Assembly: GCF_963921235.1 (NCBI RefSeq)
Contig: NC_086107.1
Location: 104,472,001 to 104,532,000, forward strand
DNA from: Mobula hypostoma
Lineage: Eukaryota
Direction: 5' to 3'
Length of the DNA: 60,000 bases
Part shown: one piece after another, positions 1 to 13,169 of the stretch
Numbering within the stretch: the stretch's first letter is position 1
Layout: every line of letters begins with the position of its first letter
Translations under genes and position numbers: made by a program
Notes under the pieces: generated by a model
Databases searched by the model: none
What the model saw: only the letters and a program-made list of their open reading frames with translations
Told to the model about the DNA's origin: nothing

Positions 1-270
1 TGCGCCTTGGAAGGTTTCCAGGGCGCAGGCCTGGGCAAGGTTGTGAGAAAGACAAGCAGTTGCCCATGCTGCAAGTCTCCCCTCTCCACGACACCAATGT
101 TGTCCAAGGGAAGGGCATTAGGACCCATACAGCTTGGCACCGGTGTCGTCGCAGAGAAATGTGTGGTTAAGTGCCTTGCTCAAGGACACAACACGCTGCC
201 TCAGCCAAGGCTCAAACTAGCGATCTTCAGATCACTAGATGAATGCCCTAACCACTTGGCCACGTGCCAA
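1..270 (-). mobile_element. tRNA-derived SINE with CORE-like central box (partial)
   Basis: Minus strand reads GTGGCCAAGTGGTTAGG (A box)...GTTTGAGCC (B box)...CCTTGAGCAAGGCACTTAACC. A close paralog lies at ~9820-10105. Confidence 0.75.
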
Positions 271-279
271 CACAAGAAA

Positions 280-712
280 TAATAATATAAATAAATAGTT
301 AAGCAATAAATATTGAGAACATGAGATGAAGAGTCCTTGAAAGTGAGCCCATAGGTTGTGGGAATATTTCAATGATGGGCCAAGTGAAGTTGAGTGAAGT
401 TATTCCCTTTGGTTCAAGAGCCTGATGGTTGAGGGGTAATAACTGTTGCTGAACCTGGTGGTGTGAGTCCGGAGGCTTCTGCACCTTCTTCCTGATGGCA
501 GCGGTGAGAAGAGAGTGTGACCTGGGTGGTGGGGGTGGGGGGGTCCCTGATGTTGGATGCTGCTTTCCTGTGACAATGCTCCGTGTAGAAGTGCTGAACG
601 GTGGGGAGGGCTTTACCTGTAATGGACCGGGCCGTATCTACTGGCTTTTCCATTCAAGGGCTTTGGTGTTTCCATACCAGGCCGTGATGAAACCAGTCAG
701 CACACTCACCAC
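280..712 (-). mobile_element. Rex1/Babar-like LINE 3' fragment
   Basis: Decayed ITGKALPT..KAASxIRDP..GRRCRS ORF2 end plus a 3' UTR repeated at ~12700-13150, 23000-23250 and 39500-40600. Confidence 0.65.
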
Positions 713-1411
713 TATCAAGTCACCTCTTCACCTCTCATCTTCCTTCACTCAGGAGAGAAAAGCCCGAGTTTGCTCATTATCCTCAGAAGGCACATTCTCC
801 AGTTCACCCAGCGTCCTAGTAAATCTCGTCTGCATTCCCTCTAAAGCTTAAATATTTGAACAGCCTTTATACCCAGTCCTCAGTTGTGCATGTTTAATTT
901 TGTTTTGGAGTAACTGCATTAAAAACAACAGTAGAGGCCTTTAATTAAAATGTCATCTGTGCCCAGCACATCTGGCAAAAAAAGATCTCCAGTGAAGCAA
1001 TTGACGTCCCCCTTATTGAATCCATACGATAACCCCCTGACCGGGTAAGAGGACTTTTACTCTGTGTCTAACTCAGTATTTCTTTCCTTAAACCATTTTT
1101 AAAACGTGTTTGAACATTTTATTACAGACTGGTTTCACATTTTGGTTTTAAAATTGTGTGTGATGTCTGCCTGCGCCCTCCCTGGACATGATTGGTGCCC
1201 CTTGAGGTGGGGGTATTTGATGGGGCAGTGTAGAGGGAGTTGGACTTTGTGTCTGACCTACCCTGTGGCTGCCGAATGAAGTATTGGTTGTCTAAGTTGG
1301 CTTATTGCTGCCACTGTACCCAGATACAGCAGTCAGCTTGTCTTGCATACTGTTCGCACAGATCAGACCATTACATGGTGCACTGAGGTAGAACAAGATC
1401 ATTATGATGGA

Positions 1412-1548
1412 CGGAAACACAAGAGATTCTGCAGATGCTGGAAATCCAGAGCGACGCACACAAAATGCTGGAGGAAACCGGCAGGTCGGGCAGCATCTAT
1501 GGAGAGGAATAAACAGTGAGCGTTCCCCGGCCGAGACCCTTCATCGCG
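1412..1548 (-). mobile_element. Penelope-like terminal-repeat fragment with degenerate hammerhead motif
   Basis: Matches the dispersed CTGCAGATGCTGG...GGCAGCATCTATGG...GGCCGAGACCCTTCATC repeat found many times in the window. Confidence 0.6.
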
Positions 1549-2009
1549 GAAGAGTGAGGGCTTTGTGCCTACCCTGGGAGTACTTGATGGGAAAGGCTGG
1601 AGGGAGCTTAACTCTGTATCTGAAACGCGTTTCTAGCTGTGAATGTGTGAAAGATGTGAGTGAGGGAGTTTGAATAGACATCCGACTCATGGTTTGCCTC
1701 CCCCGGGAGTGTGTGATGGCACGTTCTGCTTGATACGGGATATATCCTCAATAAAATTACCTCTTGCCAGTGAACAGATCTCCCGTTTTATTCCTTAAAT
1801 TCAGAGGCTGTGAATTCAGAGCGGAGGTGCCGTCAGTTGCTTGCGGCCTGCGCTGGCGTGGAACTCAGAGTGTTAAAGTATTGTGGGAGGTAGCGGATAA
1901 TTATAATATATTTAGCAGGCGAGCTGGGGATAGGGTACAGTTGCCATGTGTGTGGCTGTGGATTGTCTGCTCCTGAAATAGTTATGCAGAGTAAATGAAA
2001 TGGGTTGGC

Positions 2010-2163
2010 GATTGGTGGAAAGGGTACCCGAGTGAAGGAGACAGCCCGTGGGGGGGAGATCCGCCCCGCAGCTGCCACCCGTGTCCGGAGCAGACGGAGC
2101 CTCGGCGACCCGCCGCCCGCGAACCGAGACGCACTCTACCCCGGTGTCCTTGACCGCTGAACG
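2010..2163 (+). promoter_or_regulatory. Candidate CpG-rich promoter / non-coding first exon of the PLEKHA4-like gene
   Basis: Locally CpG-rich unique sequence with ATTGG (inverted CCAAT) at ~2011, CCGCCC boxes, and a consensus donor ACG|GTGAGT at 2163/2164. The first coding exon has an acceptor at 15025/15026, so an upstream exon must exist. The frame that would splice in has a stop at 2033 and no ATG. Confidence 0.4.
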
Positions 2164-2689
2164 GTGAGTGAAGCGGCTGGCGAGGGAGGCTTGGTGCGGG
2201 GGTGAAGGGGGAGGCGGTTCGAGCTGGGGGTTTCTTTAGCATCTACCTGTGACGGGAAGGCTGCTGGCGGTGGGATCGAACATCTTCCTCCCTGGATGCG
2301 GGGCTGAAAAGACCCGGAGATGATCAACGCCTCCTCTCCTGGCTGAAGGGAGATGGGCTGACGCCCCTCTGAGTCCCGGGATGGACAAATCTGTCCATCA
2401 ACCACCCCCCCTTCCCCAGAGAAGAGACACCCCTCTACCCCCCCCAGAGAAGAGACACCCCTCTACCCCTCCAGAGAAGAGACACCCCGCCACCCCTCTC
2501 CCTCCCACCTCACCGATTCAAGGTCATGCCCCTTCGGCCCTGAAAACCCTCACTACGCTGGTGGATGACCCCCTTCCGAACTGAGGAGGAAGGTTTGTGG
2601 GATCGGTGGGAGGGGAAAGGTAGAGGGGCTTTGAGGGGGTTATGGAGAGGGGTTAGTGGGTGGGGAAGATGGGGGTCGTTGACTGTGGT

Positions 2690-5600
2690 CACGTGGGGTT
2701 GGTGATGGAGGAGGTTAGTGATGGAGGTGAGGTTGATGATGGAGGTGAGGTTAGTGATGGAGGTGAGGTTGGTGATGGGGGTTGGTGATGGAGGGGGTTG
2801 GTGATGGAGGGGATTGGTAATGGAGATGAGGTTGGTGATGGAGGGGGTTGGTGATGGAGGGGGTTGGTGATGGAGGGGATTGGTAATGGAGATGAGGTTG
2901 GTGATGGAGGGGGTTGGTGATGGAGGGGGTTGGTGATGGAGGGGATTGGTAATGGAGATGAGGTTGGTGATGGAGGGGGTTGGTGATGGAGGGGGTTGGT
3001 GATGGAGGTGGTTGGTGATGGAGGGGGTTGGTGATGGAGGTGGTTGGTGATGGAGGTGGTTGGTGATGGAGGGGGTTGGTGATGGAGGGGGTTTGGTGTG
3101 GAGGTGGGGTTGGTGATGGAGGTGAGGTTGGTGATGGAGGGGGTTGGTGATGGAGGTGGGGTTGGTGATGGAGGTGAGATTGGTGATGGAGGTGGAGTTG
3201 GTGATGGAGGTGAGGTTTGGTGATGGAGGGGGTTAGTGATGGAGGTGAGGTTGGTGATGGAGGTGAGGTTGGTGAAGGAGGGGGTTGGTGATGGTGAGGT
3301 TGGTGATGGTGAGGTTAGTGATGGAGGTGAGGTTTGGTGATGAAGGGGGTTGGTGATGGAGGTGAGATTGGTGATGGAGGTGGAGTTGGTGATGGAGGTG
3401 AGGTTTGGTGATGGAGGGGGTTAGTGATGGAGGTGAGATTGGTGATGGAGGTGGAGTTGGTGATGGAGGTGAGGTTTGGTGATGGAGGGGGTTAGTGATG
3501 GAGGTGAGGCTGGTGATGGAGGTGAGGGTGGTGATGGAGGTGAGGTTGGTGAAGGAGGGGGTTGGTGATGGAGGTGAGGTTGGTGATGGAGGGGGTTGGT
3601 GATGGAGGTGGTTGGTGATGGAGGGGGTTGGTGATGGAGGTGAGGTTTGGTGATGGAGGGGGTTAGTGATGGAGGTGAGATTGGTGATGGAGGTGGAGTT
3701 GGTGATGGAGGTAAGGTTTGGTGATGGAGGGGGTTAGTGATGGAGGTGAGGCTGGTGATGGAGGTGAGGGTGGTGATGGAGGTGAGGGTGGTGATGGAGG
3801 TGAGGTTGGTGATGAAGGGGGTTGGTGATGAAGGGGGTTGGTGATGGAGGTGAGATTGGTGATGGAGGGGGTTGGTGATGGAGGGGGGTTGGTGATGGAG
3901 ATGAGGTTGGTGATGGAGATGGGGTTGGTGTTGGAGGTGGGGTTGGTGTTGGAAGTGTGGTTGGTGATGGGGGGGTTTGGTGATGGAGGGGGTTGGTGAT
4001 GGAGGGGGGTTGGTGATGGAGATGAGGTTGGTGATGGAGGGGGGTTGGTGATGGAGGTGAGGTTGGTGATGAAGGGGGTTGGTGATGGAGGTGAGGTTGG
4101 TGATGGAGGGGGTTGGTGATGGAGGGGGTTGTTGATGGAGGGGGTTAGTGATGGAGGTGAGGTTGGTGATGGAGGTGAGGTTGGTGATGGAGGTGGTTGG
4201 TGATGGAGGTGGTTGGTGATGGAGGTGGTTGGTGATGGAGGGGGTTGGTGATGGAGGGGGTTGGTGATGGAGGGGGTTGTTGATGGAGGTGGTTGGTGAT
4301 GGAGGGGGTTGGTGATGGAGGTGGTTGGTGATGGAGGGGGTTGGTGATGGAGGGGGTTGTTGATGGAGGTGGTTGGTGATGGAGGGGGTTGGTGATGGAG
4401 GTGGTTGGTGATGGAGGGGGTTGGTGATGGAGGGGGTTGGTGATGGAGATGAGGTTGGTGATGGAGATGAGGTTGATGATGGAGGTGAGGTTGGTGATGG
4501 AGGGGGTTAGTGATGGAGGTGAGGTTGGTGATGGAGGTGGTTGGTGATGGAGGGGGTTGTTGATGGAGGGGGTTAGTGATGGAGGTGAGGTTGGTGATGG
4601 AGGTGAGGTTGGTGATGGAGGGGGTTGTTGATGGAGGGGGTTAGTGATGGAGGTGAGGTTGGTGATGGTGAGGTTGGTGATGAAGGGGGTTGGTGATGGA
4701 GGGGGGTTGGTGATGGAGGGGGGTTGGTGATGGTGAGGTTGGTGATGGAGATGAGGTTGGTGATGGTGAGGTTGGTGATGAAGGGGGTTGGTGATGGAGA
4801 TGAGGTTGGTGATGGAGGGGGTTGGTGATGGAGGGGGGTTGGTGATGGAGGTGGTTGGTGATGGAGGGGGTTGGTGATGGAGGTGGTTGGTGATGGAGGG
4901 GGTTGTTGATGGAGGTGGTTGGTGTGGAGATGAGGTTGGTGATGGAGATGAGGTTGGTGATGGAGGGGGTTGTTGATGGAGGTGGTTGGTGATGGAGGTG
5001 GTTGGTGTGGAGATGAGGTTGGTGATGGAGGTGGTTGGTGATGGAGGGGGTTGTTGATGGAGGTGGTTGGTGATGGAGGTGGTTGGTGATGGAGGGGGTT
5101 GGTGATGGAGGTGGTTGGTGATGGAGGGGGTTGTTGATGGAGGTGGTTGGTGTGGAGATGAGGTTGGTGATGGAGATGAGGTTGGTGATGGAGGGGGTTG
5201 TTGATGGAGGTGGTTGGTGATGGAGGTGGTTGGTGTGGAGATGAGGTTGGTGATGGAGGTGGTTGGTGATGAAGGGGGTTGGTGATGGAGGTGGTTGGTG
5301 ATGGAGGAGGTTGGTGATGTAGGGGGTTAGTGATGGAGGTGAGGTTGATGATGGAGATGAGGTTGGTGTAGAGATGAGGTTGGTGTGGAGATGAGGTTGG
5401 TGATGAAGGGGGTTGGTGATGGAGGTGAGGTTGGTGATGGAGGTGGGGTTGGTGATGGAGGAGGTTGGTGTGGAGATGAGGTTGGTGATGGAGAGGGTTT
5501 GGTGTGGAGGTAACGTTGGTGATGGAGGGGGTTTGGTGATGGAGGTGAGGTTGGTGTTGGAGGTGGGGTTGGTGTTGGAAGTGTGGTTGGTGATGGAGGG

Positions 5601-5865
5601 GGTTTAGTGATGGAGGGGGTTGGTGATGGAGGGGGGTTGTTGATGGAGGTAAGGTTGGTAATGGAGGGGGGTTGGTGATGGAGATAAGGTTGGTGATGGG
5701 GGGGTTTGGTGTGGAGGTGAGGTTGGTGATGGAGGGGGGTTGGTGATGGAGATGAGGTTGGTGATGGAGGGGGTTTGGTGTGGAGGTGAGGTTGGTGATG
5801 GAGAGGATTGGTGATGGACAGGGGTTAGTGATGGAGCGGGGTTGGTGATTGAGGGGAGTTGTTGA
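2690..5865. repeat. ~3.2 kb G-rich minisatellite, 16-19 bp unit (GGTTGGTGATGGAGG(TGA/GG/T))
   Basis: Directly visible tandem array of roughly 180 variant units, almost without C on the + strand. Confidence 0.97.
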
Positions 5866-7597
5866 AGGAAGTGAAGCTCCATGGGTTTGTGGGGGGTGGG
5901 TGTCGTGGTCCCATTGGGTGTTGGGCAGGAAGAGCTGGCCAGGTGGGTGAGGATGGCACTGGTGATGAAGAGGGGGTGGGGGAGGTGACTGTGAGTGGGC
6001 TTGGCAGAGAGATGGGGGGAAGGGTCCACTGGTGGTGTGGTTGGGGAAGAAGTAGTGACTTCTGGGGGTCAAACAGGGGGGATAGTGGGTAGACTCCATG
6101 ATGGGGAAAGGATTTGGGATCAATGCTGTGGACTTACTGAGATGGCAAGATTCAGTGCTGGGCCCATAACGTGGGGGGAATAATGAATAGCACAGAATAG
6201 TGACACCGAATGCAAGACATCTCTCATCATCCACGGCCAGGAATGAGATTATTCTCCGTTCACTTGTGTTATTTATTTATAGATCCAGCGAGCGAGTTAT
6301 TTTAACCTCTCAATTCCTGATGCATTGGATGTTTCTGGAGACAGGTGGCTTTTCATCACTGGGTTCCCACCCGCCCCGGCTGCAGGTGGGGCTCAAGGGT
6401 TGGGGAGTCACCCCACTGAGCAGAAACACGAACAGCTCGAGCCGAGGGTGGGGAGGGAGAAGTCCCAGTAGGGTACCTACTAGTAGGAGTTGTGCGATCA
6501 GTCAGACCAAGTCCCAAGGGCTGTCTATTGGTGGGTCCTCAGCTGGGACCAGGGTGGATGCGTGTTAGTGATGCCTGTGGTCAGTGGTTGGGTCTTTTGG
6601 TTGTTTGGTCCCTCCTTGCTCTCTGTGGCAGAGCGGAGGTCATCCTCACGTAGCGCAGCTCTCTCTCGAACATCTCCTGCGGGCGCGTCCCCCGAATGCA
6701 TTGTCTCCACGGTTTTCCAGTTGTCGTGTTGAATTTCTTCAGGGTACCTCGTGAGAGCGAAGTGGGCACTTGCTCCAAGGCCAAGTGACCTGTGCTGACA
6801 CAGTCCGTTGAATTGTACAAACTTTTCACCCAAAACCCATCCTCCCAGTGGATGGCCTTCTTCCCAACTAAAGATAGGACGGCTCTGGAATGGGGGTGGG
6901 GAGAATGAGCTGATGATTATTGGGGCAGGGGGAGACACTGGCATTCACAATAGTTGGTGATGAGGTAGCCTACCCAAGCAACAGTAAAGGGGCGAATCCC
7001 CCGATCCTCACCATGGAGGGTACTGTTGAATAATGTGAGTCTCTTCTGAATGGTTCTACCTTCGGCCAGTTCCCTACCCTCAGTTATAAGCTCACACCCC
7101 TCGAGGGATAGGCAGGACTGGGAGTAATCATGAGAACCCCACCCCATAAACCCAAGGCTTGTGTTTCTATTTGGGAAAGAGGGGGTTTTGAAGTAACTTG
7201 CAGAGAACGCCCACATTTTGTAGGTACCCCTGAGCTGAGGAATAAGGAGGTGGGGAGGGAGAACGGTGAGAAGAATGAGGTTAAGTTTTGAACTAGACCT
7301 GGTATAATACCTGGCCGTGCATGAAGTGTTAGCAAGAAATAATGAGGGCAGAGGTCGATGAAGTGAACTGGGGCCAAGGACTCAGGGGTAGAGTGCAAGT
7401 GAGATAAGGGATTGGGGACCAAATGAAAGTGAGACAATTGCCTTTTTGAATGAGACATTCAAAATTCAATACTGGAAATTCTCACCAGGTCAGACAGCAT
7501 CTGTAGAGAGGGAAACCGTTTTTTTCAGGATCATGACATTCGATCAGGATTAGAAATAATACCTTTCAAATTCCGGGAGAAAGACTAAGTGAGTATC

Positions 7598-7712
7598 TAC
7601 CAGATGAGGAGTCTTGGCCTGAAACGTCGACTGTTTATTCCTCTCCATAAATACTGCCTGACCTGCTGAGTCCCTCCCGCATTTTGTGTGTGTAGTTCTG
7701 CAGAGTCCTTTA
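7598..7712 (+). mobile_element. Penelope-like terminal-repeat fragment, hammerhead-like (CAGATGA...GAAACGTCGACT)
   Basis: Same dispersed repeat. Core box altered at 7601-7607; GAAACGTC intact at 7621-7628. Confidence 0.6.
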
Positions 7713-9814
7713 TATCTCCAGAGATCAGCTGAGCATTTCCAGAACTTCTTGATTTTTATTCAATACATGTTCCTGCTTCCAATTTCCACCATTTTGTTTT
7801 TAGACAGCTGCCTTATCTTTAGTCCCAGAATTCAGTGGGAGAGATCTTCAGCTGGCTTGGAGAACCAAATCTTTACAGAACTGACCAGTCCCTCATTCCA
7901 GTGTCCTTCCCCTCATCCCTCCCTTCTAACTTAGTGACAGCCAGTGATTGCTGAGGGGAGTACTGGGATCTCAGGAATTGGAGAGGGTGAAATTCAGAGT
8001 TAGTGGAGGGCCTCTGTGGACAGTGCTAACACGGCAGCGGCAAAGCATCCATTCGTGGCCCCCCCCCATAGCAGGTGGTGGACAGCAGGGGTGGTGATCC
8101 TGGTTCAGTAGCTCCCCAGAAGATGATGGCTCGTGTGGTCAAGCTAAGACATGACATGTTGACTGTGGAAGATCTCCTTCCCTAATCTTCCTGGCCTATA
8201 TCCACCTCCTGCTCCACGTCCCCCCTCCTCATCCCTCTGCCCCACCTTTACCTCCAGCTATCTCCCTCCAGCCCTTCATTACTCTCTCTCTCCTCCCCTC
8301 CCCCCTTCTCTTCTTCCATCTCTGTGCCTCCTACACCCCATGCTGGCAGCTCCCTTTGTCCTGCTCTGCCTTGGCACTGAGACTCGAATGAATACTGAAT
8401 AACTGGTGGGAGGAAGGAGACAGGGCCTCTTCTGTGATCACAGCTCGTGAAATAAAAGGGTTTCCTCCATGCTTAGGGTGACTGCTGCCGGCTATTAACT
8501 CCTTCCCTGCTGAATTTGGGCCCTCAGTGGTTTGGGACGTAGGGTCTCACTGGACCCATTGTCAATCATTCTCCGCCAGTCCCACACACGCAATGGAAAG
8601 GCCCCTCTCCTCCTTTGACCTTTCACACTCAAAGGCCAGTCTGTTGAGTTACAACATTGTCCTCTCGTCGGCTGACCTTTCGGTTTGGTTTCGGGCCAGA
8701 TCGGGGGTGAAAGGGGATGAGATGATGTGGTTCTTGGGAATGTCGTCTTTTCATCCCTGGGAGAAGTCAGAATAGAAGTTAAAGGCAGACCACATTATGT
8801 CTCTGACAACAAATTAAGGTGCGGATACTGTTAAAGGCACAGGCACTCTTAAAAATAATGTCCTTTTGCCCTGAAGCTCACAGTGAACGCACAGGAGCAA
8901 GTGTACACTGACTGAGTGTGAGTGAATGGAAAGAGGCCCTTCAGCCCATCAAGTCCCGTGCTGTCCATCAAGATTCACTACACTATCCCTCCACTAATGC
9001 TACTTTCTAATTCTCTCCATGTTCCCATCAACTCTCCCCAGATTCTAACGCACACCAAAACACGAGGGCCAATTTACAACGGCCTCTTAACCTGCCAACC
9101 TGCAGGTGTCTGAGAGGAAATCGGAGTGTCCGCAACAACCCCAGGTGGTCAGAATCAGGTTTATCAGTGCCAACTCATCTACCGTGAAATTTGTGGTTTT
9201 GCAGCAGCAGTACAGTATAAAGATATAAAGATTTGTAACATTGAGAAAGAGGAATGATGTGGTAATATTCACGAGCTCCTGGACTGTTCAGAAATCTGAT
9301 GGCGGAGGGGAAGAAGTCGTTTGGACCAAGCCAAGGTTTGACTGATGTAAGTGTTGGGCTGAATTGAAAAGGTCAGGCATGGGCTGAATTGGGGCAACGG
9401 GTCCCGGGTCCGAGGGCATATCGAGGTGGCAGGGCCCGGGTCCGAGAGTGAGGGATGACCCGCTGGTTGGCCGAATTAAGCTCCGGGCCAGATTGAGAAG
9501 GTCAGGGTGCCGGGGCCGGAGGAGAGGGACGGGCCGGCGTCCGGCTCACTGCTTCGCAAGGTTTACTCACCTCTGTGCTGAACTGAGGCAGTGGTCTGCG
9601 ACTAACGGGCTCCTGGATCGGCTGTGACCGGCCTCGTGGCTATGGGCTCACTTTCGTGAACTTCAGTTCCGAATGTCATTTGCTGACTTTTATTGTTTGC
9701 ACCATTTGGTTTTTCTTCCCCTGCACTCTGGGTGTTTGAGGGTGTTTCAAATGGGTTCTTTGTTTTGTGGCTGCCTGCAAGGAGGCAAATCTCAAGGTTT
9801 TATCGAGTATTTAA

Positions 9815-10105
9815 AGGCATCCGTTAGTCTTGCATGGATCTGCGCCTGGAAAGTCTTCACTCTCCAGGGCGCAGGCCTGGGCAAGGTTGTATGGAAGACC
9901 AGCAGTTGCCCATGCTGCAAGTCTCCCCTCTCCACGACACCGATGTTGTCCAAGGGAAGGGCATTAAGACCCATACAGCTTGGCACCAATGTCGTCGCGG
10001 AGCACTGTGTGATTAAGTGCCACAACATGCCGCCTCGGCTGGGGCTCGAACTCACGACCTTCAGGTCGCTAGTCCAAAGCCTTAACCACTTGGCCACGTG
10101 CCCAT
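9815..10105 (-). mobile_element. tRNA-derived SINE (same family as 1-270)
   Basis: High similarity to 1-270; A and B boxes on the minus strand. Confidence 0.75.
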
Positions 10106-10149
10106 TTATCTAGTATACATATTTTGATAATAAATGTACTTTGAACTTT

Positions 10150-10870
10150 GCGTGTGGGTCTTCAGGCTCCCGTGCCTCTTCCCCAATGTGAAGAGACTTG
10201 CCCCAGGCAGTGAGACAATTAATGATGGATGCCACCTCCTTGAGACGTCGCCTCTTGGAGATGCCCTTGACGCTGGGGAGGACAGTGCCCGTGATGGGGC
10301 TGGTTGAAGATGCAAACCCTCTGTAGCTTCATTCGATCCTGTGCACCGGAGCCTTCACACCTGGCTGGGATGCAAACCAGTCCGAATGCTCCCCATCGTA
10401 CCTCTATACGTTGGTCTTCAGCAACGTGGTGAATCTCCTCAAGCTCCTAACTAGAGCCACTGGCGTGCCTTCTTCATGACTCCATCGATGTGTCGAGCCC
10501 AGGATAGGTCCTCTGAGATGTTGACGCCCTAATGCTTGAAGCGGCTCACCCTTTCCTCCGCTGACCCCCTGAAAGAGAACTGGTGTGTGTCCTCCCCAAC
10601 TTCCCCTTCTTGAAGTTTTGCTGATGCTGAAGGAAAGGGTTTTATTGTGCCACCGGTCAACCAGCTGATCCAGCTCACTCCTGGTCGTCTCCTCACTATC
10701 TGAGAATCTGCCACCAACAGTGGTGTCATCAGCCGACTGATAGATAGTGTTTGAGCGGTGCTTCTCCACACAGCCATGAGCCCAGGGAGAGTAGAGCAGT
10801 GGACACACGCCTTTGAGATGTGCCTCTGTTCATTGTCAGTGAGGAGGGGATGGTATTACTGATCTGCACT
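10150..10870 (-). mobile_element. Decayed Rex1/Babar-like LINE ORF2 fragment
   Basis: Translations ADDTTVGGR..., ERVSRFKHLGV..., LRRF in shifted frames. Confidence 0.6.
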
Positions 10871-11264
10871 GACAGGGGGAGAACGTGCGAACTCCACACT
10901 GAAAGCCCTGGAGGCCAGGGTTGAATCTGGAGCTCTGCCAGCTGCTGACCATTGTGGTGAGAGTTTGTGAGGGTCTGTTTCCAGCTGCAGAGCACAGAGT
11001 CTTTGGGCCATTCCCGGTTCCAGTCCCAGGGGTCAGAGGCAGAGCGATGACTGGTCCTGACTACAGGCTCGCCTGTTCTCACTGGTTCGACCTTTGCTCG
11101 GGGTTAAAAGCCACGGCACTTCCAGCCGGCAGGAGGTGCAGATGGCAGAGCTGTTGGCAAACCACTCAAGACAACCAGGGAGATAAACTGGAGCCGGGAC
11201 AGAGGCTTCTCTGAGACTTCCCAGCAACAAATGAGGCAATGAGTGCAGTAACGTCTTGGTGCAG

Positions 11265-11750
11265 GGGCACGACTGAGGGAGCACCCCGATGTAGGGCACG
11301 ACTGAGGGAGCACCCCAATTATGTAGGGCATTGTGAGGGAGCACCCCGATGATGTAGGGCATTGTGAGGGAGCGCCCTGATGATATAGGGCATTGTGAGG
11401 GAGCACCTGGGGTTGTAAGGCATGACTGAAGGAGCACCTCAATGATGTAGGGCATTGTGAGGGAGCACCTGGGGTTGTAGGGCAGCAGTGAGGGAGCACC
11501 CCGATTATGTAGGGCAGCAGTGAGGGATCACCCCAATGATGTAGGGCAGCAGTGAGGGAGCACCTCACTGATGTAGGGCATTGTGAGGGAGCACCTGGGG
11601 TTGTAGGGCATGACTGAGGGAGCACCCTGGTCTTGTAGAGAAGTACTGAGGGAGCACCCTGTGTTGTAGGGTAATTCTGAGGGAGCACCTGGTGTTATGG
11701 GCCAGGACTCGGGGAGTATCCTCGTGATGAAGGGCAGGACTGAGGGAGAT
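11265..11750. repeat. ~31 bp minisatellite (GAGGGAGCACCCCGATGATGTAGGGCATTGT)
   Basis: About 15 tandem variant units. Confidence 0.92.
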
Positions 11751-12004
11751 CTGTGAAAGATTCAAGGCAGGGTTACCTTACCCATGGTTGGTTTGGCAGG
11801 GAATGTGCAGTGTTGCACGAGAGTCTCACGAACGTTTGGTTTGAGTGGAGTGGGCAGCATTGTTGGGTATTGGCCTGACGTAGAGAGCCGCTGTGGTCGA
11901 CAAGGCAACCTGACCAAATTGAATGTCTGGAGGCTGCATGCCTACACAGGGACTCTGGACGTCAGAGGGACCACTGTAGAGCAAATGGACTTCTCACACC
12001 GATC

Positions 12005-12690
12005 TCCACAGGAATTGGTACTGGGTCCATTGACAATTCCTCATGGATATTAATGATACAGATGATAATGTGGCAAACTGGATCAGCAAATTTGCGGATG
12101 ACACCAAGACTGGGGCAGAGTCGATGACAAGGAAGGCTATCAAAGCTTGCAGAAGGATCTGGACCAGCTGGAAAAATAGGACAAAAATGAGAAATGGAAT
12201 TTAATGCAGAAAGCTGTGAAGTGCTCCACTTTGGGAGGGTAAACCAGGGTAAGACTTGCACGGGGAATGGTAGGACAAAGGGATCTGGGAATACAGGTCC
12301 ATAATTCCTTGAAAGTGGCATGGCAAGTAGAGAGGGTCATAAGAAGAGCTTTTGGCTCATTGGCCTTCATAAATCAGGGCTCTGAGAACAGGAGTTGGGA
12401 GGTTGCAGTTGTATAGGCTATAGGAAATTCTTCCACATCTCTGTCCTAAAGTGACGTATTCTGAGGCTGTACCCTCTAAAGAAACCACCCTCTCCACGGC
12501 CACTGGTGAGATGTTGGTGAGGCCTACTGAGTGCAGTTCTTGTCACCTACCCACAGGAAAGATGTCCATGAACTTGAAAGAGGATGGAGAAAACTTATGA
12601 GGATGTTTCCACGACCGGAGGACCTGAAATAAAGGTTGAGTAGGTTCAGACTTTATTTCCTGGAGCTCAGGAGGACGAGGGGATATCTTC
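12005..12690 (+). mobile_element. Decayed CR1 LINE RT fragment
   Basis: NWISKFADDTK-like and LDQLEK segments homologous to the CR1 at 29.5-31 kb. Confidence 0.75.
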
Positions 12691-13169
12691 AAAGTTCAAA
12701 GTAAATTTATTATCTAAGTACGTATATGTCACCATATACAACCTTGAGATTCATTTTCTTGTGGGCATACTCAATAAATCCATAATAGAATAATAACTAT
12801 GATAGAATCAATGAAAGACCCCACCAACTGGGTGTTCAACCAGAGTGCAAAAGACAACAAACAGTGCAAATACAAAAAGAAAGAAATAATAATAATAATA
12901 ATAATAAATAAGCAATAAATATTGAGAACATGAGATGAAGAGTCCTTGAAAGTGAGTCCATAGGTTGTGGGAACATTTCAGTGTTGGGGCAAGTGAAGTT
13001 GAGTGAAGTTATGCCCTTTGGTTCAAGAGCCTGATGGTTGAGGGGTAATAACAGTCCCTGAACCTGGTGGTGTGAGCCCTGAGGCTGCTGTAACTTCTCC
13101 TGCTCAATGGTGGGGAGGGCTTTAGCCATGATAGACTGGACTGTATCCTCCACTTTTTGAAGGATTCTC

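Noticed and set aside
4573..6234. 553-aa His/Pro/Thr-rich ORF on the minus strand
   Set aside because: It is a translation of the G-rich minisatellite, and the open frame follows from the repeat composition.
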